Part shown: positions 28,430 to 40,369 of the stretch, piece by piece
Numbering within the stretch: position 1 is the stretch's first letter
Layout: each line of letters starts with the position of its first letter
Assembly (NCBI RefSeq): GCF_018977255.1
Contig: NW_024704742.1
Coordinates: forward strand, 38,318,001-38,382,000
Length of the DNA stretch: 64,000 nt
Direction: 5' to 3'
Origin: Callorhinchus milii
Lineage: Eukaryota
Made by a program: the position numbers and the translations under genes
The notes under the pieces: model-generated
Seen by the model: the letters and a program-made list of their open reading frames with translations, nothing else
The model's database searches: none
What the model was told of the DNA's origin: nothing

Positions 28430-29500
28430 TCAATAATATTGTGTTACTGAACAAAGGTACATTGCTACAACTACAAAGTCTTCTTTGAATTTCTCTTTGG
28501 GATCCTCCAGTGTCTCATCCTCTTCTTCACACTCAAATGCTGCTTCACTTGCCTGTTCTGAGGGATTATTATGGCATATCCATGCACTGTGATAACTCAC
28601 AAGCATCAACCAGAGCGTGGTAAAAAACACATCCTTTCTGAATTTTTAATGACAGTGTTCTAGTTGTCCCAAATACTTACGTCAACAGAAGCAGTGATAT
28701 TGTATGAAGCTTTCTGCATGACTGAAGAATTCTACAAAAGTTTGCTGACACAATCATACTAAACAAAGCACACAATAAGTTTATACAAATGTTCAGCCAG
28801 TAGTAGTCTGGCATCAGTTTCATTTTTGTTTTTCACAGTATCTGCAATGTCTTGAGCTCCAAAAATGGGTTGATAACAGAGTCTTCACATGGTTCTCCAG
28901 ATGAAAACACGGCTTCAGTCAGGTGGATGAACTTCTTCAACATTAGGCAGCAGAGAGTTGAAGCAGAATGATGGATCTCTAAGAAGCCAGAGATTGGAAC
29001 AGCAATAATGGAGGGATGGGCTTCAACACTTACAGAATAATTCAGTCTACGAACAATTAGCACATGGCTCCATTTCAATTTATATTGCTTCCATTATCAC
29101 AGCCTTGACCTACCACAGTAGTTGTTTAAGTACAAACTATGTTTCTGTAGGGTTTGAAGAAATATCTTTTGATCCCAACCAGTTGTGTCACTCAATTGCA
29201 AAATGATGTTTCTGAACTGCGCAGCAAAAGATAATGAAGAGTAATCTGAAGTTCAGGGTTGTACATGTTTGTATAATAATGCTTCTTTGTCCACAGTAAC
29301 TCAGCTCAATATGCTCATCACCATCTACTGGATTCCTTACACTAACTCACAAGGTTCGACGGACACAAACTACCCCAGGGACTCAGTTGGCTTTTCATGG
29401 TAACTAGTTTCTGTTGCTAAAGCTTCATTTTTGCTTTACTAGACAAAAATGATTCCTCAAAAATGTTTCTGGGGTCCAAATTGTCAGATTTTTGAAAACA
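28430..29500 (-). mobile_element. Highly decayed hAT-family transposase remnant
   Basis: Minus-strand peptides VGQGCDNGSNI (~29115-29083, cf. hAT RGQGYDNGANM), ALVDACELS, VSKLL and FECEEEDETLEDPKEKFKEDF. Confidence 0.55.
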
Positions 29501-29809
29501 GCCTACTTTAATAAAGAACCCAAATCTCACAAATACACATTCCTTCTTCTAACTCCTTCTGTTATTGAGTGAAGGTACTTTGCTACAACTACAAAGTTTT
29601 CTTTGAATTTCTCTTTAGGATCTTCCAGTGTCTCATCCTCTCTCTCAAGTGCTGCTTCACTCGCCTGTGAACCGAGGACATATAATGCCAACAGAGGGAA
29701 ATTCTATACTAATGCATTCTACTTCTGATTCGGACTTCACATAGCCTAGGAGAAATTTATGATCATTTCTTTCTAAGGAAATTTCACATAAACAATACAA
29801 ATTTTCTAC

Positions 29810-30620
29810 ATTGAAGGCCTGACCGCTGATGGTGGGATGGGGGAGCATGAAGCAGGCCTGCTGAGTGGTGGGAGGGGGCAGGTTTTTAGACTTTTAAGAA
29901 GTCGGAGACATAGGGCAAAATCATAGAAGGTTTAAATGAGGATCTTGAACTTGATCCCGTGGTGATGGGGAGATAGGGAAGTCAGGCAAGGATGACAGGC
30001 TCGCCGAGCTGAGTGCGGGAAAGGACATGAGCTCAAAGTTCTGGATAGTCTAGATAGTGAAAGGAAGAGACAGGTAGTTCATCAAACAGAAAGTTAGAAT
30101 AGCGTAGCCTGGACGTGATGAATGCATGGAATAAGGTCTCAGTGGCCCGAGGGGAGAGATAGTGGCAGAGGCAGATGATGTTACAGAGATGGGGGAAAGT
30201 TGAGCGGGCCAGAGTACGAATGTGAGGTTTAAAGGGCAGTGGAGAGTCAAACAAAACACAGAGGTTCCTCACTGGTTCCATGAGGTGGAGTGTACATCCA
30301 AGCATAGAGATTGTCATTGGTGACTTTAATCAGAGCAGTTTCAGTACTGTGGGCAGGGCAGAAACCAGATTGGAGGAGTTTGTGTCATAGTTGACAAGAA
30401 AAAAGAGTGAAGCTGGGAAACAACTTGTTCGGGTACTTTCAACGGAAAAAGCAGGTTGGAGATAGAAAGGAAGTTAGGGAACAAGGATGAGTCAAGAAGT
30501 TTTTTGAAGGAGTGAGGGTGATGTCAGCCGTTTTGACAACAGTGGTATTGTGCCAGTGAACAAAGCGAGGTTGTTGATGTCCATTAACGGGCCAAGTAGG
30601 TGGGGCTGGGAAGTCAGGAG
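29810..30620 (-). mobile_element. Old L2 fragment with internal deletions
   Basis: ORF 30033..30317 (VRNLCVLFDS...HAFITSRL) and an upstream PIP/KTA.ITP-like block. Confidence 0.8.
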
Positions 30621-30924
30621 AGGGATTGGGATAGAACCAATTTTGTGAGACAATTTCTGTGCTGACAAGATGAGCTGCATTGGCCATTTAGCTTCTGTTA
30701 GCATGTTAGAACAGTACATCGACATATATCAGAAATAAAACTGACGCAATGTAATCTTAACTACATCTACTAAAATAACCACAAACAACAAAAAAAATTA
30801 TATTGGACAGTTAATTGACAGGAAGCTTCACAAAATCAAATCAGATAACAACAGGTTCACTAATTTAAAATAGGATATTCGCTTAACATTGCATTGAAAA
30901 CATACATTTATAAATAATTTAAAT

Positions 30925-31335
30925 AATCCTTACATTCAACATAGTACCTTATCATGTCATAGAGGATACCTCAAACCACTTGATAGGATTTTACTGTGAA
31001 GTGTTGTGACTATTTATTTATAGGCAAATGTGGTAGCCAATTTGCTGTCCCACAAATAGCCATAGAGTGAAAAACGAATTTTATTTTGAGTACTGTCGCC
31101 AGAGCATCGGAGGAAAATTCGTCTTTTTTTAATTTGTGTCACAGAATCCTTAATGCCCACCTGGACAGGCAGATTGGACCTCGGATTAACGTCTCATCTG
31201 CAGGATGGCATCTCTGACACTGCAGCACTCCCCAGCCCCGCACTGACACTACCCTATGAAAGTTCAAAATCCCAAACTGGGGCTTGAAACCACAACCTTC
31301 TGATTCAGATGCCCAGAGTGCTACCAACTGAGAAT
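30925..31335 (-). mobile_element. Older DeuSINE-like copy
   Basis: Reverse complement of the same head, core and tail. Confidence 0.7.
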
Positions 31336-31399
31336 CATAGAAAGTACAGCATAGGATGGCACCGTATTTGTGCATGTAATATCAGGTAAAACTCCATAC

Positions 31400-31795
31400 A
31401 TCAGTCCTTGCCAGGCTTCACTGGCTCCCTATTACAAAATGGATCGATTTCAAGATCTTCACATTCGTTTACAAATCACTTTGTACCCTGGCCACTCCTT
31501 ACCTCTCTGACCTGTTACCCGTTACCCGTACCCTTCGCTCAGATTGCTGAGGCCTCCTGCGCGTTCCCTCCACTCCACCAGCATTGGTCGTGCTTTCAGC
31601 CACTAATGCCCCCAAACCCCGGAAATCTCCACCTCGATCCCTTTGCCTTGCCCACCGCCCTCGCTTTGCCAGTCTTTGACCGTGTCTACAGTTCCCCCCG
31701 GCTCCCGGCTCAGCGTCAGGCTCCACCGCTGTTAAGCTCTCTTGAGACACTAACCCGAGTGAAGGATGCTACGTAAACGCAGGTTGTCGTTGTTA
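31400..31795 (+). mobile_element. L2 3' fragment
   Basis: [13 protein letters not shown] sequence through to the tail. Confidence 0.7.
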
Positions 31796-32058
31796 AAAAG
31801 CGGATCGAGCCGAGAACTGCGATGAATTACGCGCTCGCAAATGAAGCACAGTCCCCTGGCCGAGATACCAGCGAGGGCAGCCACTGCCCGTACCATCAGC
31901 CGCACGTCCAAAATAGTCATCTACTCCCAGGGAGGTAGAGGGGGAGAAAATTAATCCCATAAAAGGGGGGAAAACCTACATAAAAGTCAAGTCTCCTTTC
32001 TCCTTTTTACATTAAATGTTAAGAAACCAGTTGTTGGATCCTGACAGGTGGAGCCTGT

Positions 32059-32185
32059 GGGGGTGGGGGAGGGGTGGGTGGGAGGGGGGGGGGGAGGGGG
32101 TGGAGGGGAGGGTGGGGGGTGGGGGGGGGGGAGGGGGGGAGGGAAGGGGAGGGGGTGGGGGGGGAGGGGAGGGGGTGGGGGGGGG
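32059..32185. repeat. G-rich low-complexity tract in COPS4 intron 1
   Basis: About 125 bp made almost entirely of G runs. Confidence 0.9.
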
Positions 32186-32299
32186 TCTGTGTAAAGCTAA
32201 ACAAACGCGGCAGCCAATTTGCTGTCCCACGATCAGTCGGGGGGTCAACCGCGGGTTTTACTTTGAGGATTTTAATTCTGAAAATACAGTGTTGAAAGG

Positions 32300-32740
32300 A
32301 CGTTATTTTCAAACCGAGCGGCTGAGGCTCGCGGTCTCGCGGTCTCCGGCCCGGGCCCTGCTCCCCCTTCCCAGCCTCGCACACCACGCCGCCCCGGCCT
32401 CCAGACGCTCGCAGCCCATCGGTCCCTCCCGCCCGCCCGCCTCTGCCTCACTCACTTGCCGGCCAGGTCCTTGTGGGAGCCGCTGGAGTTCATCAACAGC
32501 GCCAGCTCCTGCCTCATCGCCGCCGCCATCTTCCTCCACCGCCAACGAGCGCCTCTCGGCGACAAGAGATTCCCCGCCACCCCCTCCCCACCCCCCACAC
32601 AGTCACCGACAGCGCCTCCACCGCCCGGAGGATCACATCAGTCCTCCCACCGCCGGGCACGATGCCAGTCCGTGTTGTCAGATTGGGCGAATTTCACGCC
32701 CGATTGATCGTGTTTTTGTTGCACTGCGCGTGAGAAAATC
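32300..32740 (-). promoter_or_regulatory. COPS4 CpG-island promoter / first exon
   Basis: High CpG density; YY1-type AAGATGGCGGC motif over the start codon; CCAAT on the minus strand near 32683-32687. Confidence 0.75.
32456..32529 (-). CDS. COPS4: COPS4 coding exon 1 ([25 protein letters not shown])
   Basis: ATG at 32529 in AAGATGGCG context inside a CpG island; donor GTGAG at 32455; 74 nt. Confidence 0.96.
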
Positions 32741-32744
32741 GCTT

Positions 32745-33071
32745 TAATAATAATAATAATAATAATCCTTGCATTTGATATAGCGCTTTTCACGTCGGGA
32801 GGACGTCCCAAAGCGCTTCCAGAACACACTGTAAAGTGAATTGACTGTATATTTGTGGGCGAAGGCGGCAGCCAATTGCGCACAGCAATGTCCCACAAAC
32901 AGTCGTAGATTGAAAATGACCAATTTATTATTGATTTTGGTTTTGGAGGGATTATTATTAGGCTCTGTGTGGAGTAAGGAAACTTGCCCAAGGTTTCGCC
33001 CTCTGCCTGGAATTGAACTCAGGTCTCTCACTTGCAAAGCGAGTGCTCTAACCACTGAGCTACAGGACTCC
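32745..33071 (-). mobile_element. Young tRNA-head SINE directly upstream of the COPS4 promoter
   Basis: Head GGAGTCCTGTAGCTCAGTGGTTAGAGC, tail with CTCCC loop, (ATT)n end. Confidence 0.9.
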
Positions 33072-33424
33072 ACTTTGGCCGGGTGCCTGATTTTTACATT
33101 TTTTAATTGAATCTGCAAAAAAAAAGTTTTTTTTCTTTGAAGACATTTCCTTGCACGGTTTCAAAAGCCATAGTAGGCAACACATAACATTGTGATACTT
33201 TGGAGCTAGTATTTGGTTGACTTTGGGCTGCAAACCTATTTCAATTTCTGGCCACCCTGCGCTGAGCAAAGCAGATTCGTCCTCTCACAAGGCAATTGGA
33301 AAGTGTTCCCTAAATTGATTCTGACTCCTTTTAATAGAAAAATCCTTGCACCTTAGTGCCCACTAACTAAAGTGTCTCAAAGCACTTCCCAGGGAATTGT
33401 TGTCAAGTGGAGTAATTGTGTATT

Positions 33425-33655
33425 GATCGGCTGATCACTTCTCCAGGGGTAATAATTGCTTCCAAAAAATAAATAATAATAATTTGGTCACTCAATCCAC
33501 GACTGTTTGTCGGATACTGCTGTGCGCAATTGGCTGCCGCATTTCATCCATGAGTTATACATTCAAATCACTTTACAGTATATTCTGTGAAGCAATTTGA
33601 GATGTCTCTAAGACGTGATTAGGTGCTATATCAAATGCAAGGATTATTATCATTA
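33425..33655 (+). mobile_element. Young-family SINE, 3' part
   Basis: ggtcactcaatccacgactgtttgt...caaggattattat body and tail. Confidence 0.8.
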
Positions 33656-35924
33656 TTTGTTGGGAAATTTGCACACAGCAAGGGTCCTGCAAACAACTGT
33701 AAAGTGAATCATCATAAAGTGATGTTTATCAATCATCATAAACAATTCATCTGCTCACCAGGGCAAGGGGAGAAACAACTTTATCTTTTCAAAAAGTGCT
33801 ATGAGATCTTTAACAATCAGCTCCAGATAGGATTTTGGTTTAATATCTCCTCTGAATAATGAGATGCCCTGACTTGAAAAGAATGTGCAACAAATGTAAG
33901 GATTACTGTATTATAATTATGCTGGAGTTAGTTCCTTCACTAGAAGTGTATGCTCAATCCCCAGCAGTACTTGGACAAAAGAGGGCATTAGGAACAACTT
34001 ACAAATATCTGGGGGCTGGGGTCAGGCTTGATGACATTCTTCCAAAGATTCCTGAGAGTTTTTTGAACTGTTTGCCATGATCTCTCCATTGAAAGGACTC
34101 TCATAAACTAGCCAACGTGGCCACACCCAAGTGATCTGGGATGTTACCCTGTGTGAGGGGCGCTATATAAATGCAAGTTATTGTTGTTAAGATCCTGGTC
34201 CTTATCTTCAAAGCCCTCCTTGGCCTTGCTCCTCCCTAACTCCATGACCTCCTAACCCCCTACCAACCTGTCCACTCCCTTCGTTCAGCAGGCTCTGACG
34301 TGCTTAATACTCTTCTGCGTTGCACAATCCCACCATTGGAGGGCGGGCCTACAGCCTCTGGAACTCCATCCCACAGTCCTACCAGCAGCAGCATGAATGT
34401 GAAAATTTGGATGTTTGGGGGAAATTTAAACTGACATCCTCAAATTTTATTTTATTCTAACCAACATAAATCCTACTCCATCAGTTTTTCTTCCTGTTTG
34501 AACTCTGTGGTTAAAACAATTAACATAGCCCAATAGGAAATGGTCATATCATGCTCTGATAATCCTCACCCTATTGCTTCCAGAGTTTCTGAAAAGATCG
34601 AATGCAAGGCAGCTAAATGTTTGTCTTCTCAGGGATTAGCAGTTTCTTCTGGAGGTCAAGGATTATCTTTCACAGTTCCTAGAACAAAACTATACCCTTG
34701 AGATCTTGCTGATTCTCTTATGGAAAATCCCAAAGTTGTTCTATATGAACATATTGTTTCCTATGTGTCTTCAATTGGAGCACTTTCTTGCTTCTCAAAA
34801 ATTATTGAATTTGGTCACTTGAATTTGCATACAATGCAAAGCGGATCCCAGAAAACCAACATTTGACTTAAAATTAGTTTAGCTCATAGGATCAGTTTGT
34901 CTTAAAATTTATTCTGTGTGGCACTTTGAGATGTTTCAATGACATGATAAGATGTTTTATCAAATCCAAGAATTATTATTAAAATTTTAAATTTTGCAGA
35001 ATTGTGGAAATTATAAAATTCAAGTTTAATTTGGATGCTGCATTTCTCCAGTTCTTACAAAGATCTTACTTCCAAATTAAGACAGAATTCAAGAATTTTC
35101 CACAGTTATGTATGGTCTTAAATTTTAGGACAAAATAGTCTTACAGGAACACATGGTGGAATTTTGCTTCAGAGATCTATATGGCCCTTCAAGCAGCCAT
35201 TGAAGGATGAGCTAGATTTTTCTCCTGTCCTTCCAAGTGATATTGCAAATTTAGCCGACCAATACAGATTACTGTGGGCATGGTGACAAACCAGGGTTTC
35301 TTGCTTTCTATTCTGTTAGACGAATATGGGTTTTCAATCACTGGCAGGGCTGGTCACTTCTGATCGTTATCAAGGCAACTTTCCCCATAATTTCAAAGGT
35401 ACTCACGAGGACATGGACAGGTGAACTCTCCTCCCTTTTGCTTTGCTAAGCACAGTGGGTGTTATCAAGATGAATATTCTTCTCCAAATTCTTTATTAGT
35501 TCCAAATGCTCCAACTTAACCTTTTCCTAGCTGCTATTTAATTGTGATAATTGTCCTTGCATTTGATATAGTGACTTTCACATCAGAGGGACATCTTAAG
35601 ACACTTCACAGGATATACTGGAAAGTTTAGCAACTTTGTATTTTGTATCTATCACAGATACAGATGAATGTATATTTTTCAAATTTGTACGTTATAATTA
35701 AATCTGCATATTATAAATCCTTTAGCTTAAATTCTTTATTTGTTACCAGGGCTTTCAACATTGAGCACTGAGATTCCTGATTACAATGCAATACTAATTC
35801 TTGCATTTGAGCTATCCCTTTAACATTCCATATCAAAGCACTTTACAAGATTTCTGTAAAGCACAGTAACTGTACTAATTGTAGGCAAACACTGAGTAAT
35901 CAAAACAAGTTGTAAACTCATTTA

Positions 35925-37452
35925 GGTTCAGTTCCCACACCCCTAAAACAGCCATCATCACACCCTCCTGAAAAAACCTTCTCTGGACCTATCCCTCCTC
36001 TCCAACTACAGTCCCATCTCTAACCTTCTATTCCTCTCCAAGGTCCTGGAAGTAGTCGTCGCTTCCCAGCTCCACTCCTTTCTTTCTCGCCATTCCCTCT
36101 TTCAAACTTTCCAATCCGGCTTCCGCGCTGCCCACAGCACGGAAACAGCCCTGGTCAAAGTCACTAATGACATTCTGAACATCTGTAATCAGGGCTCCCT
36201 CTGCCTCGTCTTCCTCGACCTCTTTGCCGCCTTCGACAATGTCGACTACTCCACCCTCACACACTGCCTCTCCTCTTTACTTAACCTTCGCAGTCCTGCC
36301 CTTGCCTGGATCGAATCCTATCTCTCTCACTGTCTCCACTTTGTTGCCTCAAACGGTTTCTCCTCCAGCCCACGCACTCTCAGGTCTGGCGTCCCCCAGG
36401 GCTCTGTCCTTGGCCCTCTCCTCTTTAATATCTACATGCTCCCCCTTGGTGACAACATCCGCAGACATGGGGTCAACTTCCACATATATGCGGATGACAC
36501 CCAACTCTTTCTTTCTGCCTCCACCCTCAACTCCAGGACCATTGCTGTCCTGACAGACTGTCTGTCGGACATCAAGTCCTGGATGAGGGAAAATTTTCCA
36601 CAGTTGAATGTGAACAAGGCTGAGGCCCTCCTGATTGGCTCACGCCAGCGCCTCAGCACCTCAGGCTCTGGCAACATCAACCTCCATGATTGCACATTAC
36701 AACTCACCAGCCTGTCAGGAGCCTGGGTGTCTTGTTCGACTCTCAACTGTCTTTTCTTCCCCACATCTAAGCCATGACTCGCTCTGCCTTTCCTCACCTC
36801 CGTAACATCGCCCGACTCCGCCACTACCACATCCCTCAGGCCTCTGAAACTCTTGTTCATACCTTCATCACCTCCAGGCTCGACTATGCAAATGCCCTGC
36901 TTGTCGGCCTTCCCAACTCCTCCCTCCACAGGCTGCAGATAATCCAGAACTCTGCAGTCCATGTCCTCTCCCGCACCAAACTCCGTAACCCCATTTCCCC
37001 CATTCTCACCTGACTCCACTGGCTCCCTATCCTTCAGAGGATCCAGTTCAAGACCCTGGTCCTCACCTACAAAGCCCTCCGTGGCCTCGCCCCACCCTAC
37101 CTCTGCGACCTGCTAACCCCCTACCAACCCGCCCACTCCCTCTGCTCAGCCCGCTCTGGCCTGCTCCACATCCCCCAACCCATCTGCCCCACCATTGGCG
37201 GGAGAGCCTTCAGCCACTCTGTCCCCAACCTCTGGAATTCAATCCCCAATCACTCCGCCTCGCCCCCTCCTTAGCTTCCTTCAAGTCCCACCTGAAGACC
37301 CTCCTCTTCGACCATGCCATCGGCCACCCCCCTTCCCTCCTTTCTCCCCCCCTAACCCCAGCTTGGGTCTGAAATCTTGTACACTATCCAGCGCCTTGGG
37401 ACATTCTCCCGACATGAAAGGCGCTATACAAATGTAATCTTGTTGTTGCTGT
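35925..37452 (+). mobile_element. L2 LINE, 5'-truncated (RT to 3' tail), between the two promoters
   Basis: ORFs 36436..36777 (FHIYADDTQL) and 36774..37013; 3' stem-loop and ttgttgttg tail. Confidence 0.92.
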
Positions 37453-37586
37453 TAAGGAGATGATTGCATATTTAATGTTAAGACTGGCATATATTAAGAT
37501 TACAAACAAAATTTCAATCAACAAAGAGAGCATGTCTCACTACTTAGTAATTGATGGCTTGGCAGGCAGGTGTTTTTCAATATCCC

Positions 37587-37948
37587 AATAATAATAATAA
37601 TAATCCTTGGATGTGATATAGCGACTTATCACATCTTCGAGATGTCTTCACAGAATATTAAAGTGAATTGAGTGTATATTTTGTGGGCAAACCTTGGCAA
37701 CCAATTGTGCACAACAGTGTCCTACAAACATTCATGAATTGAGTGACCAAAATCTTACTTAAATTTTTTTTAAAAAGGGTTTAATTACCGCCGGAAAAGC
37801 GATCCGCCAATCGACTAACAACCGGGTTCCTACTTACTGATGGGTAAACAGAAGCGTGTGGAGTAAGGAATCTTGCCCTGCCCGGAAATCAAACCCAGGT
37901 CCTCTAACTTGTGAGGCCAGCGCTCTAACCACTGAACTACAGGACTCC
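37587..37948 (-). mobile_element. Young tRNA-head SINE, full length
   Basis: Same head, body and tail as 6587-6946. Confidence 0.88.
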
Positions 37949-38109
37949 AATAACACACTATGTGGAAAGTAGAATATGGTGATGCGTATAACACATATCT
38001 AATTAATACGTAACAACCACTGATCGATGCTAATTTTGTCATTCTTAAAACCAGATACTCTGCCCGGCCTGGCCTGCCTGCCTTCCCTGCTTGCACTTTG
38101 TTTCACTGG

Positions 38110-38335
38110 AATAATAATAATCCCTCCAAAAAAACAATAAAAAAACAATAATAAATTGGTCATTTTCAATCCACCACTGTTTGTGGGACACTGCTGTGCG
38201 CAATTGGCTGCCGGGTTTCGCCCACAAATATACAGTCAATTCACTTTACAGCATATTCTGAGAAGTGCTTTGAGACGTCGAGAAGATGTGAAAAGCGCTA
38301 TATCAAATGCAAGGATTATTATATTATTATTATTA
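38110..38335 (+). mobile_element. Young-family SINE, 3' part, abutting the LIN54 promoter
   Basis: Body and tail match the other copies. Confidence 0.82.
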
Positions 38336-38389
38336 ACACAGCGTTGCTGGGATTTCAGGTGCGCTACAGTATTGTGCATGTGACCAGCA

Positions 38390-39400
38390 GAACACTGGAC
38401 TCCGCCTCTTTCCCTGACTGACCAGAACGGGGAGGGAGGGAGGGAGAGGAACAGCCGACAGCACCACGCAGTGGGCGTGGTGTTCATCGTGACGCAACGC
38501 GCAAGCCACGTCATGCCTGCGAGTGGGAGAGTAGAAGGGGCGTCGGCAGAGGAGGAGGAGGAGCTGGTGGTGACGTCAGGTGCCAGAGGCGCGCGGTGCG
38601 AAACGGCTTGCTGTTGGGAGCCGAGTTGTGCGCATGTGCGGAGAGAGAGAGAGAGAGAGAGAGAGCGCGCGAGAGAGGGAGTGATTGCGTATAGGGGAGG
38701 GGGCGGAGCCGGCGCGGCTTTGACGGACGTGCTTCGCGGATGGCGGCGGCGGCGGTCTCCCCGGGCGCGGTGTGATATTATGGGATGTTGGGAGAGGAGG
38801 AATGGCGCTGGGCGCGTGATTTTGAACAAACACGGTCGCTCGGTGCCCCGGTGACGGCGCCTCTGGGCGTGTGGTAACCGAGCTCGGCGCCGCGACAGGC
38901 CCAGAGGCCGAGCCGGGCTCTCTCTGCACACACACACACACCCCGCCCGCCCGCTCTTGGTGGTGGTGGTGGTGGGGGCAAGAAAATAATAATAAGCGAG
39001 AAGCGGGCAGAGGGCAGGAGGACAGAGCCGGGGGGACACCTTCAATGCCGCCCGCTTCCAGCGCACCCCGAGTGCGGGCAGGAGAGCCGGTGAGTACCAC
39101 AGCCGCGCAGTCAGCAGCTGATAGTGTTTCACGTCCAGGGGACGGGGAGGAGGGGGATCGGTGCCCACCCCCACCACCACCACCTGGGGTTATCCGGGGC
39201 CACACACACACGGAGGCCGTCCGCTGCCCTCAGCCTCCCCTCCCCTGCCCGCCCGCCCGCCCGCCGGCCGGTGTGGACCCCCCCAGCCCCGAGGGGAGGC
39301 GGGGAAGAGGGGGAACCAGGTGAGCGGCGGTGACCTCCTGCACATCACGCCCAGGGCCGGAGCTCTTCCCGTTCTCCCTCTCTCCCTCTCTCTATTCACC
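38390..39400 (+). promoter_or_regulatory. LIN54: LIN54 CpG-island promoter with putative non-coding exon 1
   Basis: CRE TGACGTCA 38571-38578, NRF1-like TGCGCATGTGCG 38629-38640, GC box near 38700, GGCGCG-N4-TTTGAA 38811-38826. Candidate donors CCG|GTGAGT at 39089/39090 and CAG|GTGAGC at 39319/39320. Confidence 0.75.
38642..38665. repeat. (GA)n microsatellite in the LIN54 promoter
   Basis: Direct inspection; further (CA)/(TG)n runs near 38926, 39405, 39721, 40580, 40928 and 62584. Confidence 0.9.
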
Positions 39401-40369
39401 TTTTTGTGTGTGTGTGTGTGTGGCCGAAAGTGTTGTCGCTTAACGTGCGGTTCTCAGGGCTGTCAGTCAGTCACTGGGATGCAGAGTGACAGCTGTTTTG
39501 GTGCTCGGCATATACCTGGGTCCCAGACCCCTGCCCTCCCTCTCTCCCCCCTCCCCGGCTTGTTGACAGTTGGGTCATTTTCTCTCTCCTTTATAACTCC
39601 TCCTTGGTTTCTTCTTCTGAGTTTATCCTGATCCTGTTCAAGACGCCTAACTTTTCACCAGCGTTCATTTCATTTTCAAAACGTGGAGAGAGCTGACTTT
39701 ATAAGTTGTGTTTGTTTTAGGTGTGTGTGTGTGTGTGTGTTGTCAGCTAAAGGTTTATTGCCCCCCCCCCAAAAAAAAATATCTGAATTAGACGGGATGA
39801 TTTTCTTTCAGGTCAAAGTCCTGGTGTTTTGTAGATTTTTGAACCCATTCGGGGGAACCACCCCTTTTGCACTTCTAATGAACGAACGCATTCGCTAAAT
39901 ATATATATATATATCTATATTTTTGTTTGGACTCTGGCTTCTGCAGGTGGTGTCAGCTGTTGCATTTGTGGTGCAATTTCTTTCTATTTCCCTCTGCGAT
40001 ATTTCACAACGGGGCGTTATTGCTTTAATACCTCTCTCTCCCCCCCACCCCCACACCCCCCCACCCTCCCCACCCCTACCCCCCCACCCCCCCACCCCTA
40101 CCCGTGCTGTTTTGATCTCAGTTACAGATTGTTTGAAGGTATTAATGATCGAGGAGATGGGACGGTAAATATTTAACGGTTGAGGCAACCCCCCCCCCCC
40201 CCACCACCCCCCCAAACCCTGGGCTTTTTTTTTAAAATCGTACACAAAAAAAAAACCCTTCTCGAGAAGCCGCCGCCAGCAATTTGAACTGGAGGAGGAG
40301 GGAGGGAGGAGGAGGGGGGGAGGAAGGAGGAGGAGGAGGAAGAAGTGTTTTTTTTATATACATGTATAT

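Noticed and set aside
32016..32747. 243-aa Gly/Pro-rich ORF on the plus strand
   Set aside because: Artefact of the G-tract and CpG island, antisense to COPS4 exon 1
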